Source: an uncultured Lachnospiraceae bacterium (lineage in GTDB: Bacteria; Bacillota; Clostridia; Lachnospirales; Lachnospiraceae). Taken from it: a stretch of 64,000 bases of DNA. Location of the stretch: contig CAYRIK010000005.1 of assembly GCA_964424345.1 (NCBI GenBank), positions 5,883 to 69,882 on the forward strand, given 5' to 3'. Shown here one piece after another: positions 40,096-51,113 of the stretch; position 1 is the first letter of the stretch; each line of letters begins with the position of its first letter. The position numbers and the translations under genes were made by a program. The notes under the pieces were generated by a model, which did no database searches, was not told the DNA's origin, and saw nothing but the letters and a program-made list of their open reading frames with translations.

Positions 40096-43000
40096 TTAAA
40101 ATACATCAAACAAACTGATCTGATTAGATTCTGGAAGATCTTTTAATATGCCAAGTTCTGCCAGCTTATCTGCAACTGTCTGAGACACCTTTGCTCGTTC
40201 TCTAAAATCATCTTTGCTTAAAAATGGTCCTTGTTTTGCTGCTTCTACAATAGAATCTGCCGCTGTTTCTCCAAGACCGTCTATACTATTCAGCGATGGC
40301 ATCAGTTTCCCATCTATAATCTGGAAATTTCTGGAATGTGCTTTAAAAATATCGATTGGCATAAACTCAAATCCTCGCACATACATTTCAAGAACGCTCT
40401 TCATGTCTTTGTAGCTGTCCTGTTCTTTATTAGATAATGTATCTTTTCTTGATTTATAATCTGCCATGATAGTTCTTAAATGTTCTTCTCCAAGACACAT
40501 CAATTCATAGGAAAATCCTGATGCTCGAATACTAAAATATGCAGCATAATATGCAAGCGGATAATTGATTTTAAACCAGCCAATTCGCCATGCCATCATA
40601 ACATAAGCTGCTGCGTGTGCTTTCGGGAACATATATTTGATTTTTTTACAAGACCAAATATACCAATCCGGCACATTATTTTCCAGCATAGTTTCTTCCC
40701 ATTCTGGTTTCAATCCCTTTCCTTTACGAACACTTTCCATAATTGTAAAAGCAGTGGAACTTTCTACTCCCATACGAATCAGATACGTCATAATATCATC
40801 TCGTGTACAAATTGCGGTAGAAATTGTTGCTTTTCCTTCTAAAATCAATGTCTGTGCATTACCAAGCCATACGTCCGTTCCATGTCCAAGTCCTGAAATA
40901 CGCACCAAATCCGAAAACTTCTGCGGTTTTGTATCTCGAAGCATCTGAAATACGAAATCTGTTCCAAACTCTGGAATGCCAAGTGAACCAAGGTCTGTTC
41001 CATCCATTTGCTCTGGAGTAACGCCAAGTGCTGTTGTATTTTGGAATAAACTCATAACTTGCGGATCATCTAAAGCAATCGTAGTAGGATCTAATCCTGT
41101 CAAATCCTGAAGCATTCTGATCATCGTTGGATCATCGTGTCCGAGAATATCTAACTTTAACAAGTTGTGGTCAATAGAGTGATAATCAAAATGTGTTGTG
41201 ATAATATCGGTTGTCATATCATTTGCCGGATGCTGTACTGGAGTAAACGTATTGATATCTTCTCCTAATGGAAGTACGATAATACCTCCCGGATGCTGTC
41301 CCGTACTTCTTCGGATTCCCGTACATCCTAAACTGATACGATTGATTTCACAAGGACGTTTGTGTATGCCTCGTTCTTCATAATATTTTTTAACATAGCC
41401 ATATGCTGTTTTATCCGCAAGTGTACCAACTGTTCCTGCTCGGAATGTCTGTCCTGCGCCAAAAATAACTTCTGTATACTTATGTGCTTTTGACTGATAT
41501 TCTCCAGAAAAGTTTAAGTCAATATCAGGCTCTTTATCTCCTTTAAATCCAAGGAATGTTTCAAACGGAATATCAAATCCATCTTTTTTTAATGTTGCCC
41601 CACATTTTGGACACACTTTATCTGGCAAGTCACAGCCAGAACAACCATCTTGAACAGCTTGTGCTATTTCTGGAGAATCAAATTCAGAATAATGACAGCT
41701 TGTACAATAATAATGCGGACTAAGCGGATTTACTTCTGTAATACCAGCCATCGTTGCCACAAAGGAAGAACCTACAGAACCTCTACTGCCTACCAAATAG
41801 CCATCTTCTACAGATTTCCATACAAGTTTCTGTGCAATAATGTACATAACGGCAAATCCATTTTTAATAATAGAATTTAATTCTTTTTGCAAACGGTTCT
41901 CTACAATTTCAGGTAACTGTTCGCCATACATTTCATGTGCTTTATTATAACAAATCTCAGTTAATGTCTTATCAGAATCTGGAATGACCGGCGGACATTT
42001 ATCCGGTCTTACCGGAGAAATATGTTCTACGCTCTCTGCAATCTTTCTTGTATTTGTTACTACAACTTCTTCTGCTTTTTCACTTCCAAGATATGCAAAT
42101 TCTTCCAACATCTCATCTGTTGTACGAAGATAGAGCGGTGCCTGTTTATCTGCATCATCAAACCCTTTTCCAGCCATAATGATACGTCTGTATACTTCAT
42201 CTTCAGGGTCTAAGAAATGCACATCACAAGTTGCCACAACTGGCTTATTTAACTGTTCTCCAAGCGTTACAATATGCTTATTGATTGCTTTGATATCTTC
42301 AAAAGAGGTAATATTTCTCTGTTTTTCTGACTCAATCATAAACGCATTATTTCCAAGCGGCTGAATTTCAAGATAGTCATAATAAGACGCAATCTTTACG
42401 ATATCTTCCTCACTTTTTTCATCCAGTAAAGCTCTGTACAATTCACCAGCTTCACATGCACTTCCGACTAAAATACCTTCTCTATGTTTGTTTAACAAAC
42501 TCTTTGGTATTTTAGGTCTTCGATTATAATATGTGATATGTGACTCACTGACCATCGTATATAAATTTACACGTCCTGTATTATTTTGTGCCAGAAAAAT
42601 AACGTGATAAGATGGAAGTTTGCTGATTGCCTCTACAGATGTTTTTCCAAGCTCATTTACTTGTGCTAAAGTTTTAATGTCTTTTTCTTCACACATTGCT
42701 ATAAGCTTTTTGAAAATATGTGCTGTACATTCTGCATCGTCTACTGCTCGATGATGATTGTCTAAATTTACTTTTAATACTTTGGCCATTGCGTCCAATG
42801 TATGTTTATTATGAGACGGAAAGAGCACGCGGGACAATGCAAGCGTATCTAAATAAGTAAAGGTTGTATCAAATCCCATTCGCTTGCAATTTTCTATGAT
42901 AAAGCTCATATCAAAATTTGCATTATGTGCTACTAGCTTACATCCTTTTATAAATTCTAAAAACTCCGGAAGCACTTCTTCGATTACTTTGGCATCACTT

Positions 43001-44649
43001 ACCATATCGTCTGAAATTCCCGTCAAACGGTGGATTTCAAACGGAATTGGTGTCTGTGGATTTACAAACTTAGAAAAACGGTCTGTAATTTCTCCATTTT
43101 CAACTTTGACTGCACCAATCTCAATAATACGATTTTTGACCGGAGAAAAACCTGTTGTTTCTATATCGAATACAACAAAGCTGTCTCTAAGAGAGGCGTT
43201 CGTAACATCTCCTGTTACAATTTCTATTAAGTCATCTACCAAATATCCTTCACATCCATAGATTACTTTAAAGAAATGCTCTTTATCAGGCTCAATTCCT
43301 TCTTCTTTACAACGATTTTTTTCTGCTTTCCAAAGGTCTTCCCATACATGATTTGCGGTTGGGAATGCCTGAACAACACCATGGTCTGTAATTGCTACTG
43401 CTGGATGTCCCCAAGAATAGGCTCTTTTTATAATGTCTTTTACTTCCGATACACCATCCATATCGCTCATTTTCGTATGACAATGAAGCTCTACTCGTTT
43501 GCATGCTGCATTATCTTTTCGTTTTACTCGGAAATCACTTCCCTTTTTAATGCCAATTACAGAAGCAATTGCAATTTCTTTATCAAATGTATCCATTCCG
43601 GCTATACCTTTGATTTTCAAAAATGCTCCTTTTTTGATATGTTCCTTAATTTCTGAAAGCTGGTCATTACGAACAAACATTTTTACAGTGATTGTATCCG
43701 TATCATCGGTAACATCAAAAATCAGAATTGTCTTTTCATTTCTGATTTCTCTTTCATCCATATTTATAATCTGTCCTCGAATAACCACTTCTCCCATATC
43801 GGTTATGATCTCTTCGATCTTCATTGCACCTTCTTCAAAGTCTTTTCCATAAATTACATCCGGATTATCCGAATTTCTAAGTGGTCTTCTATACTCTGGC
43901 TTTTTCGTAAAACCATTTCCAGCTTCTTTCTCTTTAGGAAAGTTTTGACGAACCGGTGCTTTATTTTCGCTTTGTGTTGTATTTTGTGTACGATTGCCAC
44001 TTTTTTCCGGCTCTTTTGTCTGCGTTTTTTGTTCTGTCTCTACTTGTTCCTCTCTTTGTTGCTTTCCAAGTTTTGCACGTCTGGAAATTTCTGCAACCTT
44101 TTGTGCAATCATCTCTTCATCTTGCTGCGTTTTAGAAGATACTGCAGGAATATATTCAAACGAAAAAGCAACCGGCAATCCGCATCTTTCTACAAATATT
44201 TTGTCCAGAATACGTGCCAGTTCTTCTTGCTGCATATGCACAAATACCGTATCCTCTAATGCCAAATGAATGAGATTATCTTCTGGATAAGTGATATCTG
44301 CCTTTTTAAAAATAATATATAGTATATGACTATGCTGTTTTAACTCCGTCAAAATGGAATTGCGATACATTTCCATAACTGTCCTGCCATTATATTGGCC
44401 GGACAGTTTGAAATGCTCATATAATTTTACATTGCGATTGTCTCCGCTTTTAAATAACATCTTTGACAACGCATCTTCAACTTCATAAATGTCTTCTTTT
44501 TCAATCAGGTAATCGCTCTCAATATGAACACGCAGAAAGCCTTTGCTCGTCACATTCACAATTTTTTGAACCATTACCTGTTCCATTCGTTCTTTTAATC
44601 TGTTTTCCAATTTTACATATGGAAATACATCAAAAAACGCTTTACTCAT
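40096..44649 (-). CDS. polC: DNA polymerase III PolC-type
   Basis: 1517 aa. PHP (VELHCHTKMSDMDG), DnaQ-type exonuclease (FVVFDIETTGFS..HRAVDDAE), a Cys4 module (CTSCHY..CPKCG) and the pol III alpha core. Confidence 0.97.
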   Translation of the reverse strand: MSKAFFDVFPYVKLENRLKERMEQVMVQKIVNVTSKGFLRVHIESDYLIEKEDIYEVEDALSKMLFKSGDNRNVKLYEHFKLSGQYNGRTVMEMYRNSILTELKQHSHILYIIFKKADITYPEDNLIHLALEDTVFVHMQQEELARILDKIFVERCGLPVAFSFEYIPAVSSKTQQDEEMIAQKVAEISRRAKLGKQQREEQVETEQKTQTKEPEKSGNRTQNTTQSENKAPVRQNFPKEKEAGNGFTKKPEYRRPLRNSDNPDVIYGKDFEEGAMKIEEIITDMGEVVIRGQIINMDEREIRNEKTILIFDVTDDTDTITVKMFVRNDQLSEIKEHIKKGAFLKIKGIAGMDTFDKEIAIASVIGIKKGSDFRVKRKDNAACKRVELHCHTKMSDMDGVSEVKDIIKRAYSWGHPAVAITDHGVVQAFPTANHVWEDLWKAEKNRCKEEGIEPDKEHFFKVIYGCEGYLVDDLIEIVTGDVTNASLRDSFVVFDIETTGFSPVKNRIIEIGAVKVENGEITDRFSKFVNPQTPIPFEIHRLTGISDDMVSDAKVIEEVLPEFLEFIKGCKLVAHNANFDMSFIIENCKRMGFDTTFTYLDTLALSRVLFPSHNKHTLDAMAKVLKVNLDNHHRAVDDAECTAHIFKKLIAMCEEKDIKTLAQVNELGKTSVEAISKLPSYHVIFLAQNNTGRVNLYTMVSESHITYYNRRPKIPKSLLNKHREGILVGSACEAGELYRALLDEKSEEDIVKIASYYDYLEIQPLGNNAFMIESEKQRNITSFEDIKAINKHIVTLGEQLNKPVVATCDVHFLDPEDEVYRRIIMAGKGFDDADKQAPLYLRTTDEMLEEFAYLGSEKAEEVVVTNTRKIAESVEHISPVRPDKCPPVIPDSDKTLTEICYNKAHEMYGEQLPEIVENRLQKELNSIIKNGFAVMYIIAQKLVWKSVEDGYLVGSRGSVGSSFVATMAGITEVNPLSPHYYCTSCHYSEFDSPEIAQAVQDGCSGCDLPDKVCPKCGATLKKDGFDIPFETFLGFKGDKEPDIDLNFSGEYQSKAHKYTEVIFGAGQTFRAGTVGTLADKTAYGYVKKYYEERGIHKRPCEINRISLGCTGIRRSTGQHPGGIIVLPLGEDINTFTPVQHPANDMTTDIITTHFDYHSIDHNLLKLDILGHDDPTMIRMLQDLTGLDPTTIALDDPQVMSLFQNTTALGVTPEQMDGTDLGSLGIPEFGTDFVFQMLRDTKPQKFSDLVRISGLGHGTDVWLGNAQTLILEGKATISTAICTRDDIMTYLIRMGVESSTAFTIMESVRKGKGLKPEWEETMLENNVPDWYIWSCKKIKYMFPKAHAAAYVMMAWRIGWFKINYPLAYYAAYFSIRASGFSYELMCLGEEHLRTIMADYKSRKDTLSNKEQDSYKDMKSVLEMYVRGFEFMPIDIFKAHSRNFQIIDGKLMPSLNSIDGLGETAADSIVEAAKQGPFLSKDDFRERAKVSQTVADKLAELGILKDLPESNQISLFDVF

Positions 44650-44661
44650 GCTGATTACCTG

Positions 44662-45717
44662 CTAATTTTCATTCCAATGGTCAAGCTCATATTTTAAAGT
44701 AGATAACAGTTCCTGTTCTGGTACTTTCTTAACAATCTCGCCTTTTTTTATAAGTAAGCCTTCTCCTATACCCCCAGCAATGCCGATATCTGCTTCTTTT
44801 GCTTCGCCTGGTCCATTTACTACACATCCCATAACAGCTACTTTAATATCCAATGGATAGCCTGCTACTAATGTTTCTACCTGATTTGCAAGTTCGATCA
44901 AATTTATTTTTGTACGTCCGCAAGTAGGACAAGAAACTACTTCTATACCGCCCTTGCGAAGTCCTAATGTACGAAGCACCAATTTAGCTGTCTTAATTTC
45001 TTCTACAGGATCTCCTGTCAAAGAAACACGAATCGTATCTCCAATACCTTGACCTAATATCATTCCAAGACCAATAGAAGATTTAATATTACCGCTCCAA
45101 ATAGTACCGGATTCTGTAATACCTACATGAAGTGGATAATCGATTTCTTTATCTAAAATCTCATGTGCCTTTACACACATCAATACATCAGAAGATTTGA
45201 TACTTACTACAAGATTTTCATATCCAAGGTCTTCAATAATTCGTACTTTATCTAAAGCACTTTCCACGATGCCTTCTGCAGTTACTCCATGATACTTTTC
45301 AACTAACTGCTTTTCTAAAGAACCACTGTTTACACCGATACGAATTGGAATATTGCGTTCTTTTGCAACATCTACGACTGCTTTTACCTTGTCTATAGAA
45401 CCAATATTACCAGGATTAATACGAATCTTATCTGCACCATACTCCATTGCTGCAATTGCCATACGATAATCAAAATGAATATCAGCTACCAGTGGAATAT
45501 GAATCTGCTTTTTGATTTCTGTCAATGCCTTTGCAGCATCTAATGTTGGAACAGTACAACGGATAATTTCACAGCCTGCCTGTTCTAATCGTAAAATCTG
45601 TGCAACAGTTGCTTCTACATTTTCAGTAGGTGTATTTGTCATAGACTGAATCAGAATCGGATTTCCTCCACCGATTACTCTATCACCTATCTGAATCACT
45701 TTTGTATGTTCTCTCAT
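44662..45717 (-). CDS. ispG: 4-hydroxy-3-methylbut-2-enyl diphosphate synthase
   Basis: 351 aa. Typical IspG with SCPTCGR and the GCVVNGPGE cluster ligand contexts. Confidence 0.95.
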   Translation of the reverse strand: MREHTKVIQIGDRVIGGGNPILIQSMTNTPTENVEATVAQILRLEQAGCEIIRCTVPTLDAAKALTEIKKQIHIPLVADIHFDYRMAIAAMEYGADKIRINPGNIGSIDKVKAVVDVAKERNIPIRIGVNSGSLEKQLVEKYHGVTAEGIVESALDKVRIIEDLGYENLVVSIKSSDVLMCVKAHEILDKEIDYPLHVGITESGTIWSGNIKSSIGLGMILGQGIGDTIRVSLTGDPVEEIKTAKLVLRTLGLRKGGIEVVSCPTCGRTKINLIELANQVETLVAGYPLDIKVAVMGCVVNGPGEAKEADIGIAGGIGEGLLIKKGEIVKKVPEQELLSTLKYELDHWNEN

Positions 45718-45735
45718 ATTTTTACCTCTACAATT

Positions 45736-46782
45736 TTAAAAGAAAATATTACGAATATCGTTAAATACCAAAAATACCATAAGTATCATTAAAAATACAA
45801 AACCAAGCATATGAACGAAGCCTTCTTTTTCTGCTGGAATCGGTTTCCCACGCACTGCTTCTATAAGCAAGAATACAATTCTTCCTCCGTCTAATGCCGG
45901 TAATGGCAATAAATTCACAATGCCAAGGTTGACACTTAAAATAGATGCCAAATTCATCATTGTCAAAAATACAGATACAAATCCTGCCGGTTTTACTGCT
46001 TCATATGTCTCACCGACCATATTTGCAATGCCAACGACACCTGCCATCTCATTTGTCTTGACTTGTCCTTTCAACATCATAAACAAGCTCTTATACGTAG
46101 AAACTGTCGCGTATCGCACCTCATAAAAACCATATTTTAATGCATCCAGTCCTCGGAATTTTTCATATACACCACCAGACAATCCCATAATGTAACGTCC
46201 AAGACTTTCATTATAAGTTGGAGTAAAAGAAAGCTCGATTAACTCATCACCTCTTTTGATAAGCATATCATAGTCTTCTCCGCGATTCGTTTGAGAGATT
46301 ACTAAAACATCTCTATATAAGTGGATTTTAGAACCATTGATAGATACAATCTCATCTCCCGGCAAAATACCAGCTTCCCAAGCTGCACTGTTTTCAGATA
46401 CATTTGTAACGATTGGAAGGTCTGTAGAAGAACAGCCTACGATAATAACACTGAATAAAAAAGCAAGTATAAAATTCATAACAGGTCCTGCTACAACAGT
46501 TGCAAACCTTGCACCAATCTTTGCTTTGTTAAAGCAATGCTCATCTGCCTCTTTTCCACCCTCTACATTGCCATCTTCTCCGTCAAACATACAAGCTCCG
46601 CCAATTGGCAAAAGTCTTATAGAATAAATCGTTTCTCCTTTTGTAAATGAAAAAATCTTTGGTCCCATACCAATAGAAAATTCCAAAACACGAATACCAT
46701 TTAATTTTGCAAGAGTAAAATGTCCTGCCTCATGCGCCAACACAAGCACACCTAATATGATCAGAAAAATTATAATTGCCAC
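45736..46782 (-). CDS. rseP: RIP site-2 metalloprotease RseP/RasP
   Basis: 348 aa. HEAGHF zinc motif, central PDZ domain, NLLPLPALDGG. Confidence 0.9.
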   Translation of the reverse strand: MAIIIFLIILGVLVLAHEAGHFTLAKLNGIRVLEFSIGMGPKIFSFTKGETIYSIRLLPIGGACMFDGEDGNVEGGKEADEHCFNKAKIGARFATVVAGPVMNFILAFLFSVIIVGCSSTDLPIVTNVSENSAAWEAGILPGDEIVSINGSKIHLYRDVLVISQTNRGEDYDMLIKRGDELIELSFTPTYNESLGRYIMGLSGGVYEKFRGLDALKYGFYEVRYATVSTYKSLFMMLKGQVKTNEMAGVVGIANMVGETYEAVKPAGFVSVFLTMMNLASILSVNLGIVNLLPLPALDGGRIVFLLIEAVRGKPIPAEKEGFVHMLGFVFLMILMVFLVFNDIRNIFF

Positions 46783-46799
46783 AAAAATACCGCCTGTTT

Positions 46800-47945
46800 T
46801 TATACTAATTTATGAATGATTTCATAAGCTTCCTGCTCTGCAAAAAGAATTTCTTCTACACTTGGATTTTGAATTACAGTATGTTTCTGCATACACTGTT
46901 CAATCAACTCTGCAATCTGAAGGAATGAAATCTTTTTGTCTAAGAATAAAGCTACTGCTTTTTCGTTTGCTGCATTTAATACGGTAGGCATACTTCCGCC
47001 AATCTTTGCAGCTTCGTATGCAAGTTTTAATCCTCTGAATGTTTCCATATCAGGAGCTTCAAATGTCATCTGTCCCAATTCATAGAAATTAACTCTCTTT
47101 CCGTCCATTGGTCTTCTGTCTGGATAAAATAATGCATACTGGATTGGAAGCTTCATATCCGGTGTACCAAGCTGTGCAATAATGCCACCGTCCACATATT
47201 CTACCATGCTGTGAATAATACTCTGTGGATGTACAACAACCTGAACCTGATCTAATGTTGCATCAAAAAGCCATTTTGCTTCGATTACTTCCAAACCTTT
47301 ATTTACAAGTGTTGCAGAGTCAATTGTGATTTTACGTCCCATAGACCAGTTTGGATGCTTTAAGGCATCTTCTACCTGCATAGTCTTTAACTGCTCTATC
47401 TTCTTGCCTCTGAATGGACCGCCGGAAGCAGTAAGCAAAATCTTGCTAACCTGTTCTTTTTTTTCTCCCTGCATAGACTGGAAAATAGCACTATGTTCAC
47501 TATCAACCGGCAAAATAGAAACACCATACTCTTTTGCTAAAGGCATAATGATATGACCTGCTGTAACTAATGTTTCTTTATTTGCAAGTGCAATATCCTT
47601 TCCAGCTTTGATTGCAGCGATTGTAGGACGAATACCGATCATACCAACTAAAGCTGTGACCAATACTTCCATGCCTTCCCACACACTTGCTTCCAACAGT
47701 CCTTCCATTCCGCTCAAAACAGGAATAGAAAGATCTTTTGTTTTTACTCGCAACGTTTCTGCTGCTTTTTCATCATACATAACGACCACTTCTGGTTTAA
47801 ATTCACGCATCTGTGCTTCCATAAGTGTTACATTTGTACTTGCTGCCAAAACTGCAACTTTTAAATCTTCAGAATATGCTCTTACTACTTCTAATGTCTG
47901 TGTACCGATAGAACCAGTAGAACCGAGTATACCAATTTTTTTCAT
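46800..47945 (-). CDS. dxr: 1-deoxy-D-xylulose-5-phosphate reductoisomerase
   Basis: 381 aa. GSTGSIGTQT NADPH motif and PVDSEHSAIFQ. Confidence 0.95.
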   Translation of the reverse strand: MKKIGILGSTGSIGTQTLEVVRAYSEDLKVAVLAASTNVTLMEAQMREFKPEVVVMYDEKAAETLRVKTKDLSIPVLSGMEGLLEASVWEGMEVLVTALVGMIGIRPTIAAIKAGKDIALANKETLVTAGHIIMPLAKEYGVSILPVDSEHSAIFQSMQGEKKEQVSKILLTASGGPFRGKKIEQLKTMQVEDALKHPNWSMGRKITIDSATLVNKGLEVIEAKWLFDATLDQVQVVVHPQSIIHSMVEYVDGGIIAQLGTPDMKLPIQYALFYPDRRPMDGKRVNFYELGQMTFEAPDMETFRGLKLAYEAAKIGGSMPTVLNAANEKAVALFLDKKISFLQIAELIEQCMQKHTVIQNPSVEEILFAEQEAYEIIHKLV

Positions 47946-47961
47946 AAAACTGCCTTTCTTT

Positions 47962-48825
47962 TTATCCTATAAATACGTACTGAATGTCCAGTAAAAAATA
48001 AATCAGGAAATAAATACATGGTGCTGTAAAAATGATACTATCAAAACGATCTAATATTCCGCCATGTCCAGGAATGCATGTTCCATAATCTTTGATATTA
48101 AAATTACGCTTAATTGCAGATGCTGCTAAATCACCGCACTGTGCAATCACGCTTCCTATACCACATACAATTCCCATTGCCAGTATACCATATTCAGAAC
48201 CCATTACAAATTTGCCAAACAGCATTCCAAGAATTGCTGCACCTACGACACCGCCAATACAGCCTTCTATAGATTTTTTAGGGCTTAGTACTGGAAATGC
48301 CTTATGATTTCCGATTGTTTTTCCAGTAAGCATTCCTACACAATATGCACAAGTATCACTGCCCCATGCACTGATCCAAATCATCCATACGACCTTACTG
48401 CCAACTTCAGGCAAAGCTCTCGTATTCGCAATAAAAGACAACATAACTGGAACATACATAAATGCAAATACAACTTCTACAACTTGACGTGCGTCATATT
48501 TTGGAAACGTAATAACATATACTGCCAAAAGGCTGATGATTGTAAATACTACAACCGCCAATATATATACCATATCTATCGTCTGTGCTGTTAGAGAAGC
48601 ATACATATGACAAGCATATAATACAAGTATTCCTGCAACACCAGTAAATTCTAAAAGGTTACGATTTTTTTTATCGTGCTTGATTCCTACTGCTTTTGTA
48701 AGCTCTAAAAAACCAATCACAGAAATCAATGCAAGCATTGCATATAATGGAATCCCACCTAAACATATAAATATAAGTGTCAATACCATTAATACAATGC
48801 CGCTGAGCAATCTGGTCTTAAACAT
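47962..48825 (-). CDS. cdsA: phosphatidate cytidylyltransferase
   Basis: 287 aa multi-TM protein with C-terminal KRNFNIKDYGTCIPGHGGILDRFDS signature. Its ATG overlaps the uppS stop (TAATG). Confidence 0.9.
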   Translation of the reverse strand: MFKTRLLSGIVLMVLTLIFICLGGIPLYAMLALISVIGFLELTKAVGIKHDKKNRNLLEFTGVAGILVLYACHMYASLTAQTIDMVYILAVVVFTIISLLAVYVITFPKYDARQVVEVVFAFMYVPVMLSFIANTRALPEVGSKVVWMIWISAWGSDTCAYCVGMLTGKTIGNHKAFPVLSPKKSIEGCIGGVVGAAILGMLFGKFVMGSEYGILAMGIVCGIGSVIAQCGDLAASAIKRNFNIKDYGTCIPGHGGILDRFDSIIFTAPCIYFLIYFLLDIQYVFIG

Positions 48826-49550
48826 TATGCCTTTTCCTCCTTGAGTGCCCCAAATCTTCTATCTCTGCGATTATATGCTTCTATAGCCTTTATCAATTCT
48901 TGTTTATTAAAGTCAGGCCATGGAACAGGTGTAAAATATAACTCCGTATATGCCAACTGCCATAATAAAAAGTTAGAAATACGCTGTTCATTGCAAGTAC
49001 GAATCAATAAATCTGGATCTGGATAATCACCTGTATCTAATTGTTTAGATATCATTTCCTCTGTAATATCTTCCGGTGCGATTTCACCAAGCTGCGCCTT
49101 TGCAGCAAGCTTAGTTACTGCACGTCGAATTTCATCACGTCCGCCATAGTTGATTGCAATGCTAAAATGCAAGCCTGTATTTTCTTTTGTTGCTTCTTCT
49201 AACTTGGCAATACTTTCCTGAATATCTGCATCCAGTCTTGTTTTGTCACCGATCACACGTACACACATATTGTTCTTTGCTGCAATCTTTAAACAGTTTT
49301 TCATGTAATTGCGTAAAAGCTTCATCAATGCATCTACTTCATCCTGTGGTCTATTCCAGTTTTCCGTTGAAAATGCGTATACTGTTAAATATTGCACCCC
49401 AAGTTTATATGCATCTTCGCAGATTGTTTCTACAGTTTTTGCTCCCTGAACATGTCCAGCATTTCTTGGAAGCCCTTTTGCTTTTGCCCAACGACCATTT
49501 CCATCCAGAATAATTGCTATATGATTAGGAACTTTAAAATCTATTGCCAT
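48825..49550 (-). CDS. uppS: isoprenyl transferase (undecaprenyl diphosphate synthase)
   Basis: 241 aa. HIAIILDGNGRWA and FSTENWNRP motifs. Confidence 0.95.
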   Translation of the reverse strand: MAIDFKVPNHIAIILDGNGRWAKAKGLPRNAGHVQGAKTVETICEDAYKLGVQYLTVYAFSTENWNRPQDEVDALMKLLRNYMKNCLKIAAKNNMCVRVIGDKTRLDADIQESIAKLEEATKENTGLHFSIAINYGGRDEIRRAVTKLAAKAQLGEIAPEDITEEMISKQLDTGDYPDPDLLIRTCNEQRISNFLLWQLAYTELYFTPVPWPDFNKQELIKAIEAYNRRDRRFGALKEEKA

Positions 49551-49704
49551 ATGTTACTCCAATTCTAATTTTCTTTTCGCATTTATGTATCCTCGCAAAG
49601 CGTAAATAACAAAATGGATAAATCCACCTTTTCTCTCCTATACGCTCGAGTTCATCCTCGCGGAGCGTTTTTATATACTAGGGAATGGAAATTTCCTAGT
49701 ATAT

Positions 49705-49734
49705 AAAAAAGGGCACTGTTTAAGGAGTGCCCTT
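49705..49734 (-). terminator. rho-independent terminator after frr
   Basis: aagggcact..agtgccctt stem followed by TTTTTT on the minus strand, 10 nt after the frr stop. Confidence 0.7.
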
Positions 49735-49744
49735 CCCAGACTTA

Positions 49745-50299
49745 TTAAACAGTCATGATTTCTTTTGTTTTCTCTTCTACAGCTTTGTCAATTTCCTTTA
49801 CATACTTATCTGTAAGTTTCTGAAGCTGTTCTTCTAAGTTTGCGCGATCATCTTCTGTAATTTCGCTTGCTTTTTCTAATTTCTTTACTGCATCTACGCC
49901 GTCACGTCTTACGTTACGAACTGCAACTTTCTGTTCTTCGCCTTTTTTCTTTACGTCTTTTGCTAATTCTTTACGACGTTCTTCTGTTACTTCTGGGAAA
50001 ACAAGACGGATTACAACACCATCATTATTTGGGTTGATACCAAGTTCAGATGTCATAATTGCTTTTTCAATTGCTTTGATTAATGTTCTGTCCCATGGAG
50101 CGATCTGAATCATTCTTGGTTCAGGAACAGATACGTTTGCAACCTGCTGGATTGGTGTAGGTGTGCCATAATAATCAACTCTAATTTTATTTAATACGTT
50201 TGGATTTGCACGACCTGCACGAATTGCTGCAAATTCTGTTACCAGATAATCCACGCATTTTTCCATTTTTTCTTCATAAATTGCTAATCTCTGATCCAT
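49745..50299 (-). CDS. frr: ribosome recycling factor
   Basis: 184 aa, typical Frr (..[19 protein letters not shown]..). Confidence 0.97.
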   Translation of the reverse strand: MDQRLAIYEEKMEKCVDYLVTEFAAIRAGRANPNVLNKIRVDYYGTPTPIQQVANVSVPEPRMIQIAPWDRTLIKAIEKAIMTSELGINPNNDGVVIRLVFPEVTEERRKELAKDVKKKGEEQKVAVRNVRRDGVDAVKKLEKASEITEDDRANLEEQLQKLTDKYVKEIDKAVEEKTKEIMTV

Positions 50300-50316
50300 A
50301 AAATATATCCTCCAAA

Positions 50317-51012
50317 TTATACAGTTACTTTTGTACCATTAAACTTTCCGTTAATAGTATTTACGATAGAATTTTCTTCGTTTAAGTCAAATACCCACAT
50401 AGGCATCTTGTTATCACGAGCTAAAATAGATGCTGTCATATCTACTACCTGAAGATTCTTATCAATTACTTCCTGAATAGATACTTCATCATATTTGTGT
50501 GCATCTGGGTTTTTAGCTGGGTCAGAATCATATACACCATCAATAGACTTTGCTAACAAGATTGTTTCTGCTTCTACTTCAATTGCACGAAGTACAACGC
50601 CAGTATCAGTAGAAAAATATGGATGTCCTGTGCCGCCCGCAAAAAATACTACCATACCTTTTTCAAAATACTTGTTTGCTCTGTCTTTAGAAAACAGCTT
50701 TGTGAAAGAACCGCATTCAAATGGAGTTAAAATGTTTGTCTGCATACCAACACTTCTGAAAATTTCAGATACATAAATACAGTTCATGACAGTTGCTAAC
50801 ATACCAATCTGGTCTGCTTTTGTACGGTCAATGTTTTCAGAAGAACGTCCTCTCCAGAAATTACCGCCACCGATTACAATACCAACCTGTGTACCTGCAT
50901 CTACTAACTGCTTTACCTGCAAAGCTACCTTTCTTACAGTTTCTTCATCAAAACCTGTCTTTTTGCTTCCGGCAAGTGCTTCACCGCTTAACTTTAGCAT
51001 TAATCTCTTCAT
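50317..51012 (-). CDS. pyrH: UMP kinase
   Basis: 231 aa. LKLSGEAL and [10 protein letters not shown] motifs. Confidence 0.97.
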   Translation of the reverse strand: MKRLMLKLSGEALAGSKKTGFDEETVRKVALQVKQLVDAGTQVGIVIGGGNFWRGRSSENIDRTKADQIGMLATVMNCIYVSEIFRSVGMQTNILTPFECGSFTKLFSKDRANKYFEKGMVVFFAGGTGHPYFSTDTGVVLRAIEVEAETILLAKSIDGVYDSDPAKNPDAHKYDEVSIQEVIDKNLQVVDMTASILARDNKMPMWVFDLNEENSIVNTINGKFNGTKVTV

Positions 51013-51113
51013 AACAGTACCTCAGTCTTCCTTATAGTTACTTCATTGTATTTAGTGTACCATAAAAACCACCTTGTGAAAAGCAAAAAGTGAATTTTTA
51101 TATATGAAATATA

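Noticed and set aside
43839-44079. Low-complexity Gln/Glu/Lys/Thr-rich insertion in PolC (about residues 190-270) as a possible intein or mobile insertion
   Set aside because: There are no intein splice motifs and no endonuclease motifs. Variable charged linkers between the N-terminal and OB domains are common in PolC.
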